Of a DNA stretch of 64,000 bases, positions 1 through 12,800 are shown one piece after another (the first letter of the stretch is position 1; each line of letters begins with the position of its first letter). This DNA comes from Octopus sinensis (taxonomy: Eukaryota). The position numbers and the translations under genes are program-made. Below the pieces are notes generated by a model that was not told where the DNA came from, made no database searches, and was given only the letters and a program-made list of their open reading frames with translations. The stretch covers positions 51,088,001 through 51,152,000 of the forward strand of contig NC_042997.1 in NCBI RefSeq assembly GCF_006345805.1. The letters run 5' to 3'.

Positions 1-904
1 TATTGATTCATGGTTGTACGTTGTCTGATGGGGAATAGACAGCCTCTGATATACTGCTGGTGTTGACAAGCTACCATCCAGCGTCTAATGGATTGGTTGA
101 GCGGTTCCATAGACAGCTCAAGGCCGCTCTTCGTGCCTCTTCGGACCCACAGTCCTGGATCGAATTTCTGCCCATTGTGCTTCTCGGCTGTCGGACTGCT
201 GTCAAGGCAGACATGGGGTTTTCTGCTGCAGAGCTGCTGTATGGTACCACACTGGCATTGCCCGGTACGATGTTGGTGCCAGACACTTCCCCGCCCATGA
301 TCCGGCGACCTATGTCACCAGACTGCGGGAATATTTTTCAAACCTTCCGCCCATGCTTCCCAGAAAGCAATCTCCACCGTCCCATCTTCCACCGGATATG
401 AACACCTGGTCACATGTTTTTGTTCGGGACGATCTGTGAAGGGCCCACTGTTTCTCCCTATAAAGGACCTTTTCGTGTGCTTTCTCGCACACCAAAGGTT
501 TTCACGATGAGATAAATGGTCGTTCGGAGACCGTTTCCGTGGACCGTTTTAAAAAAGGCACATTTTGAGACGTCTTCATCTTTTGATGACAACCTTGACA
601 CACCCACCTATGCACCTTTAACAACGCCTTCACCTGCACAAACGCCTTCACTGCACAATCACCTTCACCGGCTCCTACAACACCACCCTCGCCGTCAACG
701 GGTTGCCCCGAGCACACGTATGTACAAAATCGGGCAGAACAGTGCATTGGCCAAGAAACTTCAAAAACAATTACATTTAACTTAAAATGTTTCTTATTGT
801 ATAATAGTATGTACCAAGTCTTCTGGGGGATCGGCAAGCCTTCTGTTTTCTGCAGCACCACCACAATATTCTGGTTGCCGTACTTCGCACTCGGAGGGGA
901 GCCC
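1..904 (+). mobile_element. Gypsy/Ty3 LTR retrotransposon, 3' internal region (frameshifted integrase) and polypurine tract
   Basis: ORF 60-401 contains YHPASNGLVERFHRQLK...LPIVLLG.R...FSAAELLYG (integrase core). A frameshifted continuation has PYKGPFRVL (GPF/Y motif). PPT ggagggga at 893-900. Confidence 0.9.
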
Positions 905-1338
905 TGTAGTGATGCTACAGTGTAGGGTTCGGCGCGCATGGCAGAATGGGACTACTTCCGGGTGGCCACCGAAGTCTCCCCATGCGCATGTGCGGGAAAA
1001 CATCTCTCGAGCCCGCGAACCTCAAATCTCTCTCTTCGCTCAAGACAGCACTGCGATCGGTCACGGTTTTCCTGGCTCTGACAGCCACACACCAACTTCA
1101 ACCAACTTCAACCAACTTCAACCAACCTCAACGACCAACACCAGCAGTATATCAGAGGCTGTCTATTCCCCCATCAGACAACGTACAACCATGAATCAAT
1201 AAACCAAGTTGTCTGTTCACCTTTAACCTGAGTTTCGTCTGTTTGTTTTCTACAAGAATTTTTGTATGTGACTAGAAAGGATCTCGACACCCTGCCAGTG
1301 CTTCGATGATAGATCCTTTCACGTTACACATCACTATA
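905..1338 (+). repeat. 3' LTR of the Gypsy element (434 bp)
   Basis: Starts TGTAGTGATG 4 nt after the PPT and ends CATCACTATA (10-bp terminal inverted repeat, 1 mismatch). AATAAA at ~1197; internal (ACCAACTTCA)n. Confidence 0.8.
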
Positions 1339-2324
1339 GAAAATGAATCATCAGCAAATATTCAAATGGGTATGCAACAAAATTTTGATAAAGAAGAATT
1401 GTGCACATCACTAGATCATCAGTTGAATTTAATGCACAACAGGTGTACCATAAAGGTGGAATAAACTGAAATATTGGAATCCACCGTAAGTTTGACCGAA
1501 CTAAAGAAATCGGTCAAAAAATAATATACGGCCCTGGTTATGGAATGGAAGTGATAAATTCCAGACCACATCGTTCCCTAGGCCATGCTGACTAACATTA
1601 TTTCCCCTGTATAAAAACTAAATCCACGCAGTACCCAGTATTTGCTTCACAAATTTCCCAAACTTTGAACCCCGATTTTGGGTTTGTTTACAATCTGCGT
1701 AAGTTTGTTTCCGAAGTGATCGCTTCAAACTAGCATACTGAAAAAAATAAAAGTCTAATGGTTTCACTTCCTAAGAAAGGCTATAGATAAACTTTATCTC
1801 CTCAGAAAAATTGCTAATAAAAACATTTTAAAAGTTTTTTTACTTCATTCCGATGTAAAATCGTCTTCGCTGTCGCCTTGGCCGCTTTGTTTCTTCGGAA
1901 GGCGCTGCTTTCATTTTCGGATAAAAAAATATTCATTATTTTGTACACCACGTGCTTTAGTACCTATTTCATTCTTTTCTCGATATCTCCCTATTTTCCG
2001 TTGACAAGCTTAAATTCGGAATCAATGCTTGATAACATGAAACTCCTATCCATTTTCAAAGTTGAAGAAAAATCGATGCCGAAAAAGATGTGGAAGAAAA
2101 TCTCCCAAAATTCCCTGAGTTGAGATATCACTTGAAGCAATGTCGGATACTATAACTTAACTATTTACAATGTGAAATCACATGCTTTAACGAATGTACC
2201 AACGAGATTTGGGTTCAAATTTACATTTAAATAACAATGGGTTCTCACGGCCAGGTATGGCCGGGTTGGTATTATGAACCAAAAAATTTTTCGGCCGGCT
2301 ACGGCCGGGTTAGTAACGAAAGGG
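1339..2324 (-). mobile_element. piggyBac transposon relic (5' end and decayed transposase), interrupted by the Gypsy element
   Basis: Minus-strand translation gives KFWEICEANTGYCVD and HGLGNDVVWNLSLPFHNQGRILFFDRF (piggyBac/PGBD catalytic region). CCCT terminus at 2324-2321; the TTAA target is degenerate. Confidence 0.75.
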
Positions 2325-2457
2325 TGTTATAGATTTCATCAGATCCTTCCCGGTTCTTAGTTATTTTCAAAATCAATTAAAACACATATACAGTGTATAT
2401 CAAGTAGAAATATAGTTAAAACAAAAGTTATTGGAAACCTAACGGTTAATAACTTAC

Positions 2458-2633
2458 TTGGCCCCATTTCTGGCGGTGTAAAGGTGAAGAAATCAAAAAT
2501 GGCTCTGCTATACCAGGATCATAAAGGTTTGTTCTGCCATTAGGAAATGGGATGCCGTTATCAGATGTGTACAAAACAAGAGTGTCATTGAGATGTCCAG
2601 CATCGTTCAATTCTTTAATTATTAGTCCAATGC
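2458..2633 (-). CDS. SGSH: N-sulphoglucosamine sulphohydrolase, coding exon 6 (176 bp)
   Basis: (G)[58 protein letters not shown] matches sulfamidase. Acceptor tacacag, donor gtaagt; phase 1 in, phase 0 out. Confidence 0.96.
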
Positions 2634-2976
2634 CTGTGTAAATTGATTACATTAATACCTATGTTACTTGAAGATTTCTGTTATGAACAAGTACAATTGA
2701 AAAATTAAAAGTGAATCAGTTCCATTATGAAATATACATATGTAAGTCATACAAAACATCACTTGGAAAATTTATCTTCATATTGTTTATCAATGCTCTG
2801 TAGGATGTCACTAGTGTTGTGCTATGTCTTTCACAAAACCTTTGTACTTTTGATGACCTAGTGTAACTAGTTCTAAAATAACTATCATGAGTTTTAGAGT
2901 TCAAAATTTGCCATGTATCATAAATGTGCTTTCTTAGCTCAAATAATTCCAAAAGATTTGAGAAGGTAAGCAATGG

Positions 2977-3295
2977 TGGAGGCGCGTGGCTTAGTGGTTA
3001 GGGTGTCAGCATCATGATCGTAAGATTGTGGTTTTGATTCCTGGACTGGGTGACGTGTTGTGCTCTTGAGCAAAACACTTCATTTCACGTTGCTCCAGTC
3101 CATTCAGCTGGCAAAAATGAGTAACGCTGCGATGGATTGGCATCCCGTCCAGCTGGGGAACACATACGTCACAGAAAGCGGGAAACCGGGCCCATGAGCC
3201 TGGCTAGGCTTTAAAATGGTGCATTTATTTAAAGGCGGTGCTCCAGCATGGCCGCAGTCAAATGACTGAAACAAGTAAAAGAAAAAAAAAAAAAT
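2977..3295 (+). mobile_element. tRNA-derived SINE followed by a LINE-type 3' tail
   Basis: A box TGGCTTAGTGG and B-box-like GGTTTTGATTCC. Tail cagcatggccgcagtcaaatgactgaaac plus A-rich end; the tail recurs elsewhere in the window. Confidence 0.8.
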
Positions 3296-3924
3296 TCTTC
3301 TTGTGTACGATCATTATTTGAAGACAATGACACTCTAATAACTTTAAGATTTACGGAGCTTTATACTTTACATTCGTGGACCCTGTAACCAACTGGTTTC
3401 ATGTAGTTTATCATGTAGTTTATCTTGTAAATCTTAGCTCTCAAATTTTCACACATGTAATGATCAGAATTTAGGAGTGAAAACTAACACAACACTTGCT
3501 CACTACTCAACATGTATCTTTACCTCATGAGTCACAATCTTGCCAAGATTGATTTCCATGGTTGGTAAAATAAATGCCAGTTGAATATTGGGTTACTCTA
3601 ATTAACAGTACCTATCTCACCAAATTTGAGATATAAATTATACAGTAAATACTATAGCATTTATATCTTACATATATCTATTTGAGGTATAAATTATGGA
3701 GCATTTCTCCTGCTTACAGAATTGTGATGTGTCATCTCATGCTAATTATTTACAGCTCAATGCAAGGAATAACTTCAAAGTTAGGCAATTGGGTATATGA
3801 ACCAGTTCTTTCCAGTTTACAAAGGGTCAGCACTCCTAGCTAGAAAAAAGCAAAGTTACAGAAGCATCAATGGCAATTCAAAACCAATAATACCAGGAAG
3901 GCCTTTCCTCAGGGAAACACAACA

Positions 3925-4241
3925 TTTTTTATTTATTTATGTGCCCTTTTCAAGCCTAGCCAGGCTCATGGGCCCGGTTTCCCAGTTTCTGTGACATATG
4001 TGTTCCTCCCTGCTGGATGGCACGCCAGTCCATCACAGCGTTACTCAAGAAACAGGAAGAAAGAGTGAGAGAAAGTTGAGGCGAAAGAGTACAACAGGGG
4101 TTGCCACCACCCCCTGCCAGAGCCTCTTGGAGCTTTTAGGTGTTTTTGCTCAATAAACACACAAAACACCCGGTCTGGGTATTGAAACCACGATCCTCCG
4201 ACCGCGAATCCGCTACTCTAACCACTGGGCCATTGCGCCTC
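3925..4241 (-). mobile_element. tRNA-derived SINE, related to and inverted relative to 2977-3230
   Basis: Minus strand starts ggaggcgcaatggcccagtggttag with B box ggtttcaatacc. Shares about 110 bp of 3' body (gggaaaccgggcccatgagcctggctaggct) with the 2977 copy. Confidence 0.8.
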
Positions 4242-4459
4242 CTTGGAAACATGACATAGTGCAGCAAAATCCAAAAGAAAGCAGAGATCAAAATGGTGAG
4301 AATCAGAAAAGACAGTCCAGACTGAGAAGAGTACAGAAAAGTCATTGACAGCCGATAATCCAGAGAGAGCAAAGAGCTGAAGGGAAGAATTAAGACTTGT
4401 AAAGCTTTGTAAATTACAAACGCATTTAAAATCATTCATTGCATTAAAAGTTTGCTTAC

Positions 4460-4701
4460 CTTGATCAAGTCGACTAATAGTTGTATACTGTGCAGCTATA
4501 TCAGCTCGGGCTGCAGGTGTATCAGGTATAAAGTATGGCACTATTACTTCACGAGGGTCATAGTGTATCGGTTTCCAGTCAGGGATAATTCCGCATCCCT
4601 TTGTGATTCCATCTCCAAATTTTTCACAGAAAGCACCAAATTGAGGGTGGGTATGGCCACAGCGATGAGGATCATGGAAACCAATGTAGAGCAGAAATGG
4701 T
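4460..4701 (-). CDS. SGSH: SGSH coding exon 5 (242 bp)
   Basis: [80 protein letters not shown](G). Acceptor ttttaaag, donor gtaagc; phase 2 in, phase 1 out. Confidence 0.97.
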
Positions 4702-5863
4702 CTTTAAAAAAAATCAGAATACATACATATATATATATGTGTGTGTGTATGTTTATCAAAAGAAAAACAGGATGCAAAGGATTTAGCAGTACATATGTTT
4801 CTGGCTTTATTGGACAGTTTATATCAATGCATAATTGATGTAAAATATATGTCAATAGCCTTCTTCAGCCGCGCACAATTACCACACCAAAGACATGTAT
4901 TACATTACAGTTATCAAGTATTCACCCTGAATTTTTTGTGTGTGTGTATGTATAGATTCTCACACTTCAATGGAATATATATTAAAAAAATCAGGAGATA
5001 TTAAAAATATATGTATATTAATATATACATATATTATATACCTAGCCCTAAGCTAATGTTTTATTTTGTATTTTTCTTCTTTGTTTTTGTTTTTACTCTT
5101 TTTGCACTTTACATGATAATCATCACTTAATGAGGAACTACATTTAGAAGTTCCATTACTTTAAAATTCAATAAAAATTATTCAACAATTGCATACTTCA
5201 GCCACCAGATCAGAACAAGATATATGAACAGAACATGGTTGTGTAAAGTAAACAAGCTTTAGATCAGTTCAAGTATGTTTGGAACGCATCTGATTTGTAA
5301 AGAGGCCATTTTCATTATGGTTTGCTACAAAAAAATTAATTTTTGCTTTAGGCAAAAGGCATTAAAAATACCAGAGTCAGTTCAGAGAGCCTCCTATGGA
5401 CTGATGGCTGAAACATACAATCAGTAAATAAGTAAATAAGTTTGACTAATTTCCTATAAGGAAGCTAAGTCTTTCAGTTAGTTGTCCCACTTGGTATCTG
5501 GTACTGAAGAGCTACAAATGTCTGAAATGCATCTGCTTGTCCATAGGGGGCAATTTGAACTGATTTTGATATTTTTTTAACACTTTTTGCCTAAATTTGT
5601 TTCTCTGTGGCAAATTGTAGAGAAGATGCCTTTTTATAGGTCAAATATATCATACCTAATTTTTCTATCTGATCACTTCTGCCCTGTCATTCATGCTCAC
5701 TAATATGATACATATACTGGAACATTCTTGCTCCATTTCTTACTAGCTTTCATTAGTCTTCTGTATTCAAGGTCCACATTTTCTGTCCAAACACAATTAT
5801 TATTTGTATTGTTTTGTTGTTGTTATCATCATCATCATTATTATTATTATTATTATTATTATT

Positions 5864-8800
5864 CAGTAGTTTTATTTTTATTTTTATAGCGTGCTTTCAA
5901 TTCACTACTGAGCGCAGCTCTGTGTGCCTTGGGTATGTGCTGTGATTTGTTGTGATGCTCTGATGGTTATTGTATGGAAAGTGTTCTGCGTAGGATGTGT
6001 GCAGTGCCTAGTAGTGCAATTTTCTGTATGTTATATGTGTTTGTAAGTCCTGGTGTTTTTGTTATGTATTTGTCTGAATATTTTTTTATCATGCCTAATG
6101 CACCTACTATGATAGGAATTGTTTCTGTTTTCAGATTCCACATTCTAGTTACCTCTATTTCCAGGTCTTTGTATTTTGAGAGTTTCTCCATTTCTTTTAG
6201 AGAAACGTTGTCATCAGCCGGTATTGATACATCAATTAGAAAGCATTTTTTTTCTTCATGGTCTCTGACAACTATATCTGGTCTGTTGGCCTTAATTTCT
6301 CTATCTGTGTGTATCGGCATATCCCAGAGTATGGTTGCTTTCTCGTTTTCTGTGACCTTTTCTGGTGTGTGCCTATACCATCTTTTTTCTGTTGTTATTC
6401 CATAATGTTGGCATAGCTTCCAATGTATGTAGGTTCCAACTCTGTCATGTCTGTGAATATATTCCTTCTTAGCCAGGACTGGGCAGCTAGAGATAATATG
6501 ATTTATTGTTTCTTGTCCATCTCCACATATTCTGCAGTTACTTGTAATATTTCTTTTCATTACATGTTTTTGGTAATTTCTGGTGGGGAGGCTTTGGTCT
6601 TGTGCTGCAATTAAAAATCCCTCTGTTTCTGCTTTGAGTCCTGAGCTTCTCAACCATTGCTGGGATTTTTCTTTGTCTATTTCTTTTGCGTTTAGTTTAG
6701 TCCAGTATTTACCATGAGGGGCTTTTCTTGCCATCGTTTTATCATGATTCGTTGCTGTTCTATTTTTAGTTTGGATTTCATTTGTTTTATAGCTTTTGTT
6801 GTTTCTTCATCTTCTTCTCTTCTTCATGTTTGTTTATTAGGTGGTATGATTTCTTGTTTGTATTTGTCAGCTTCCTTAAATACTGAGAACAGTTTTTTGT
6901 TTTGCTCGTGTTTTGCCGCTATCTGGATCAGTTTTCCTTCCTTCTGAAGTAGATATTTTTGCAGTCCTATGGTGGTTATTTTATAGTAGTTTTCCAGCTG
7001 TATAAGGCCTCTACCACCTTCTATACGTTGTATATATAGTCTTTCTATGTCAGATTTTGGGTGATGCATCCTAGATCCTGTCATTATTTTTCTTGTTTTC
7101 CTATCTATTTTGGTCAGTTCATTTCGTGTCCAGTTAAGTATATTGTAGCTGTAACTTATAACTGGGACAGCTAAAGTGTTGATACCTATTATCTTGTTTT
7201 TGGCATTGAGCTCTGTGTTTAGTATTGATCTAACTCGTCTATAATATTCTTTTTTTATTTTCTCTTTCATTTGTGTGTGTTGTGTCTTATCTAGTTCATG
7301 GATTTCTAAGTATTTGTAAGTTTGGCTTTGGTCTAATTCTTTTATTTCATTGGTTTTATCTAGTGTGATGTTGTTACTCTTAACTAGTTTTCCTCTTTTC
7401 ATGGTTACTTTGGCGCATTTTTCTAATCCAAATTTCATATCTATTTCTTTGGTAAATCCATGAACTGTCTTTAATAGTGTTTCCAGCTGTTTGTCATTTG
7501 CAGCGTATAGTTTTAGGTCATCCATATATAAAAGGTGGCTGATCGTTTTGCCGTAACATTTATATCCGCATCCAGTTCTATTTAGCATATCAGATAGAGG
7601 TGACAGTGCCAAGCAGAAAAGGAGTGGAGAGAGCGTGTCTCCCTGGAATATTCCTCTTCTAATGGGGATGTCTTTGGTTTTCATGAGTCCCTCTTTTGTT
7701 TGGAGGTGTAGGACTGTTTGCCATTTATTCATAGAGTGCTCTATGAATTTTATGATTGTTGGTGCTACTTTGTTAATGGCTAGTGTTTCGAGGATCCATG
7801 TGTGGGGGATGCTATCAAACGCCTTTTTGTAGTCAATCCAGGCCATACTGAGGCCTTTCTTCTTCTCTGTGGCTGTCTTCAGTTATGGCTTTATTAATCA
7901 TTAGTTGATCTTTACAGCCATATGAGCCTTTGCGGCATCCTTTGTGTTCTTCTGGGAACAGTTTGTTTTCGTCCAGGTGCTTGTTCAGCCTTTGTGATAT
8001 CACTGCAGTAAATGCCTTGAACATAGTAGGGAGGCAGGTTATTGGTCTGTAGTTTTCTGGTTTTTCTGTTTCATTTGATTTGGGAATTAAGATGGTTTTC
8101 CCCTTCGTGAGCCATTCAGGCATTGTCTCTGGCTCTGCTAGTATGCTGTTAAAGTTTTCAGCCAGCTTTTTGTGCATTCCTGTTAGATATTTCAACCAGA
8201 AGTTGGGGATCTTGTCATGCCCAGGTGCCTTCCAGTTGCTTAGTTTTTGCAGTGCCTGGGTGACCTCTTCAGTTGTTATGGGGGTCCAAAGTTGTTCAGA
8301 TGCCAAGTTTGTTATTTTCATACTCCTTTTTTTTGGCTGTTCGTTCGCCGACCATATTTCTTTCCAGAATTCTTCCAATTCTTCTGCCGTTGGTGCTGCA
8401 GTGACTTCTATTTTATTTTTGCCCAGTTCTTGGTAGAACTTTTTGGGGTCGGAGTTGAACTTTTTGTTCTGTTCAAAGAAGCGTTGGCGTTTCTTGTACC
8501 GGCGGATCCTTTGTGCTTTGGCAAGGATATCTTGCTTCAGCTTTTCTTTTATTTCAGGCAAATCTTTCTCTGTGATGTTATATTTGCGGAGTATTTTTGT
8601 TCTCTTTTTGTTGCTCAGTAGCATTGATTTTTTTGCTGATTTCATTAAGAATCGACAGGTCTTTTCTAATTTTTTTTATTTTGCTTTGGATGTTATTTAT
8701 CCACAGGGTTTGTTTGGGTGGTGGTACTCCTGTCTGGGCGGGTTTGGGTGAGTATCCAGCTTCTTTTGTGGCTGCAGTGGCTGCTGCGTATATTAGGTTA

Positions 8801-9847
8801 TTTAGCTCAGTGATATTACTTTTTTTTTATTCAGTGGCTATCAGTTCAGTGACGGCTAGGTTTATGCTGTTTATAATAGGTGTTGTTATTTCGTTTATTT
8901 TGATTCTTGGGAGGTATGGTCGGTGGTCCATTTTGAGCTCTGTGGTTTTCAGTTCTTTGATTATTTTATTTTTTATATTATCATAATCATTAGGCTCCCC
9001 TTCGTTGTTTACATCGTGTTTGTTGGGAATGTTGCGTTTGTCTTCGTGTTTTACAGTTTCAGTGTTTATATTATTGGGCATTGTTGTGTGGCTTCTATCT
9101 ACATTTTCCTGGTGTATGCTTTCTTTTAGGTGTTCTATTTCTATTTCTGATATTTTTTTTGTGTTGAGAATGTATCTTCGTACGTTAGCTAATTTATTAG
9201 GGTTCATTGCTGTATCCAAGTCTATATCTCTATTATTTTCCTTCCATATTTTATATGTATGTGTTGTTGTATTTTCATTTTTGGGTAGAGTACTGCTGTG
9301 AAGTATGCGTGTAAGATAGAAATGTATTCCTCACGTGTCCATTTACGTCTTTTGGGTTTTATTTGCGGGACATGAGGTACAACGTCCGGCCCATTATTTT
9401 GACGGTCGTCATTTTCGTAGGGTACCGGTCCGTTTATTTCTGTTGTCACATTATTTCGCACGTGTAGTTTTTCGTACATTTTTTGTTGTAGTTTAATGTA
9501 CGTACCGCTCGATTGTTATTCTTGGGTTGAATAGTATCGGTGGCATTTAATTTCTTCGTAGTTCCTTTGTACATGGTGTTTGGAGTCGGGGATGATCGTG
9601 ATGTTTCACGCATGTTTACATGTGTTGCGTTAGAGGTGGAGATGATATCGAGTCAAAATACATCATTTCGTTTCGAAAATAGTAATAAATTTCAATTAGT
9701 ATTACTTACTCGGATACAGTCCAATTCTTTGTTAGTAAAACTTTGGCTCCATAGGATGTCCTTGTTTTCGATGTTTGTGGATAGGTTTCGGAGCTCTCTT
9801 TGTGGATAGGTTTCGGAGCTCTCTTTGTGGATAGGTTTCGGAGCTCT
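5864..9847 (-). mobile_element. R4/Dong-type non-LTR retrotransposon (family A), near full length, frameshifted
   Basis: N-terminal RRKWTREE motif, RT (WIDYKKAFDS, GIFQGD, YMDD), CCHC (CRIC...HIISSC) and PD..D REL endonuclease (RPDIVVRD..CFLIDVSIP). Flanked by (TAA)n on the sense strand. Confidence 0.92.
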
Positions 9848-9865
9848 ATTATTATTATTATTATT

Positions 9866-12800
9866 GCCCAGCTTGCGGTGGGCAGTAGCTAACCAATAGG
9901 ACACACGGAGGTCCCTCCCACCGTCAGAGGTAACCCGTAGCGCCCATATTTTACGCCAATCTGAATGGACTTATCACTCGTGACTGTTACCTCCCATGTT
10001 GTTTCTGCAGCTTTTTACAGCAACACTGAAGTATCCTCTCCAGTTTTGCGCAGGCCTGGGCTAGAGATAAGAATCATCAGGTTTCCTCTCTCGACCTTGC
10101 TGATGTAGTCCAAAGGAGTGCAGTGCATTATGTTTGGCACCAGCTTGGTTGCAGGAGCTGCCGGAAGAGTGTCGAGTCGAACACTAGACCGCCTTCAGGG
10201 CTCCACTCCGGATTTCTTTGAAGGTTGTCTCCTTTCTGTAACCCTGAATAGGGGCCCATACCGGGTACTGTCAGCCGGATCCAGCTGAGCTCGGAACTCG
10301 TGTCAGGCAGGGTCGTCACTCCCTGAAGTAGTGAAGAAGTTCGCTACCCACTACCTTTTCAAGTAATGTTAAATTATTATTAGATTTTTTTTTTTTCATT
10401 CTTTTGCCTACGTTTATTTCATATGTTTATTTTCAACCACTAATATTCATCATCATCAGCAGATGCAGTTGTAGTAGCAGCAGCAATATCACTATCAGCT
10501 GGCAGACCCCAGTTAATAAGGTGCTGACCCGCCACAAGCTGCCTGCTCCATTGGGTGCTTGGAGCTAAGAGTATGACTTGAAAAGCGGCCTGCAACCTCT
10601 GCACCAGGCAAGCAACTAAAAGTCAAGAAAACACTAGTTCTGCGGTTGGCAAGCTGGAATGTCAGGACCATGTGTCCTGGAATATCTGATGATCTCAGGA
10701 TTGAAGACACAAGGAAAACGGCCATCATTGACCGTGAACTAAAGAGGCTCAACATAGATATTGCTGGGCTACAGGAGATAAGACTTCCCTCAAACGGCAA
10801 ACTCAAAGAGCAGGATTTCACCTTCTTTTGGCAGGGAAGAGATCCAGAAGAACCTCGTCAACATAGCGTTGGCTTTGCAGTGAGAAACTCACTACTCTCC
10901 TCAATAGAACCACCATCGGGAGGCACTGAGCGTATCCTCTCACTGCGCCTCTCAACTTCTTCTGGCTCAGTACATCTACTCAGCATCTATGCTCCCACTC
11001 TCTACAGCTCAGAGGAGACCAAGGACCAGTTCTACAAAGATCTCAACTGTGTCATAGAAAATATACCAACGACAGAAAATATCTACCTTCTAGGGGATTT
11101 TAACGCTCACGTGGGATCTGACCATGATTCGTGGCCCATTTGTGTTGGACACTTTGGTATTGGCAACATGAATGACAATGGTTAGAGACTACTCGAATTC
11201 TGCACATACCACAACCTGTGCATCACAAACACATTCCTTACCAACAAGCCATCCCACAAGGCATCCTGGAGACATCCAAGATCTCACCACTGGCATCAGC
11301 TGGATCTCATCATTACACGGAGATCCTTTCTGAGTTCCACTCTATTGACCCGCAGTTACCACAGTGCGGATTGTGACACAGACCACTCACTAATTAGAAG
11401 CAGGGTGAGGATTCTGCCTAAAAAAGTCCATCGCTCCAAGAAAGTGGGTCGACCACGCATCAACACCGCCAGAACCTCGGACCCTACACTGCGAAAATGT
11501 TTTGCTGCTTCTATCAAGGTTGCCCTCAGTGGCTGCCCAACCTCCTCTGCTGAAAGTAGGTGGGACTATATCAGGGAAGCCTTGTATACGACATCATTGG
11601 ATACTTTCGGCATGAGAGAAAGGCAAAACCCAGATTGGTTCAATGCTGGGCTCTCAGAGCTGGAGCCAGTTATCGAAGCAAAGCGTGCAGCTCTGGTGCA
11701 ATACAAGAGTGACTCTTCTACAAAGTCACTCGAAGAACTCAGAAAGGCATGAAATAAAACCCAACTGACAGCCAGACACTGTGCAAATAGGTATTAGCAG
11801 GAAATCTGTCAGAGTATCCAGTCAGCTGCTGACAGGGGCGACACCCGTGGAATGTATGCTGGTTTGAAGAAGGCCCGCGGTCCATCCGCAACCAAGTCAG
11901 CCCCTCTGAAATCAACTACTGGAGATCTCATCAGGGATCAAGGCAAGCAAATGGATAGATGGGTGGAGCACTACAAGGATCTCTACTCACGGGAGACCAC
12001 AGTGGCTGAGGCTGCAGTCGAGAGTGTCAAGATCTTGCCAGTCATGTACGAACTTGACAGTCCGCCATCTATAGCAGAGCTCACCAAGACTGTTGACTCC
12101 CTAGCAAGAAATAAGGCTCCGGGAAAAGACGGCATCCCCTCAGAGATCATCAAAGCCGGCAAAAACACCATCCTGCTTCGGCACCTTCATGAGCTTCTGT
12201 GTCAGTGCTGGGAAGAGGGTACAGTCCCTCAGGATATATGCGGGATGCTAACATCATTAAGCTTTACAAAAACAAAGGTGACCGTGGTGATTGTAACAAT
12301 TACCGTGGTATATCCCTTCTAAGCACTGTTGGAAAGACCTTTTCCCGCGTTATCCTGGCCAGGCTACAACTACTTGCTTCTCGAATCTATCCGGAATCGC
12401 AGTGTGGCTTTAGAAGAAGCAGATCAACTATCGATATGATATTCTCCATACGCCAACTTCAGGAGAAGTCCAGAGAGCAGAAAATGCCATTATATATGGC
12501 CTTCATTGATCTAACAAAGGCTTTTGACTCGGTAAGCAGAACAGGCCTCTTCATCCTGCTCCAAAAAATCAGATGTCCACCAAAGCTGCTGAGGATCATC
12601 AAGTCTTTCCATGATGACATGCAAGGCACCATACAGCACAACAGTTCAACATCAGCCGCCTTCCAAATAAAAAACGGGGTAAAGCAAGGTTGTGTCCTCG
12701 CTCCTACATTGTTTGGCATCTTCTCGCTCTTACTTTCACATGCCTTTCAGACATCAGATGATGGAGTGTTTCTGCACAGTAGAAGTGACGGGAAACTGTT

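Noticed and set aside
1-2457. Remaining SGSH exon (VSEAYVSLLD...-like)
   Set aside because: Not found on the minus strand; the interval is filled by piggyBac and Gypsy sequence, so the exon must lie outside the window.
5495-5540. Hammerhead-like CTGAAGA...GAAATGCATC
   Set aside because: Stems I and II barely pair; at best a decayed relic.
9866-9965. HDV-like ribozyme at the RTE 5' end
   Set aside because: A P1-like helix (gcggtggg/cccaccgt) exists, but I could not place L3, the GG of P1.1, P2 or the catalytic C in the required order.
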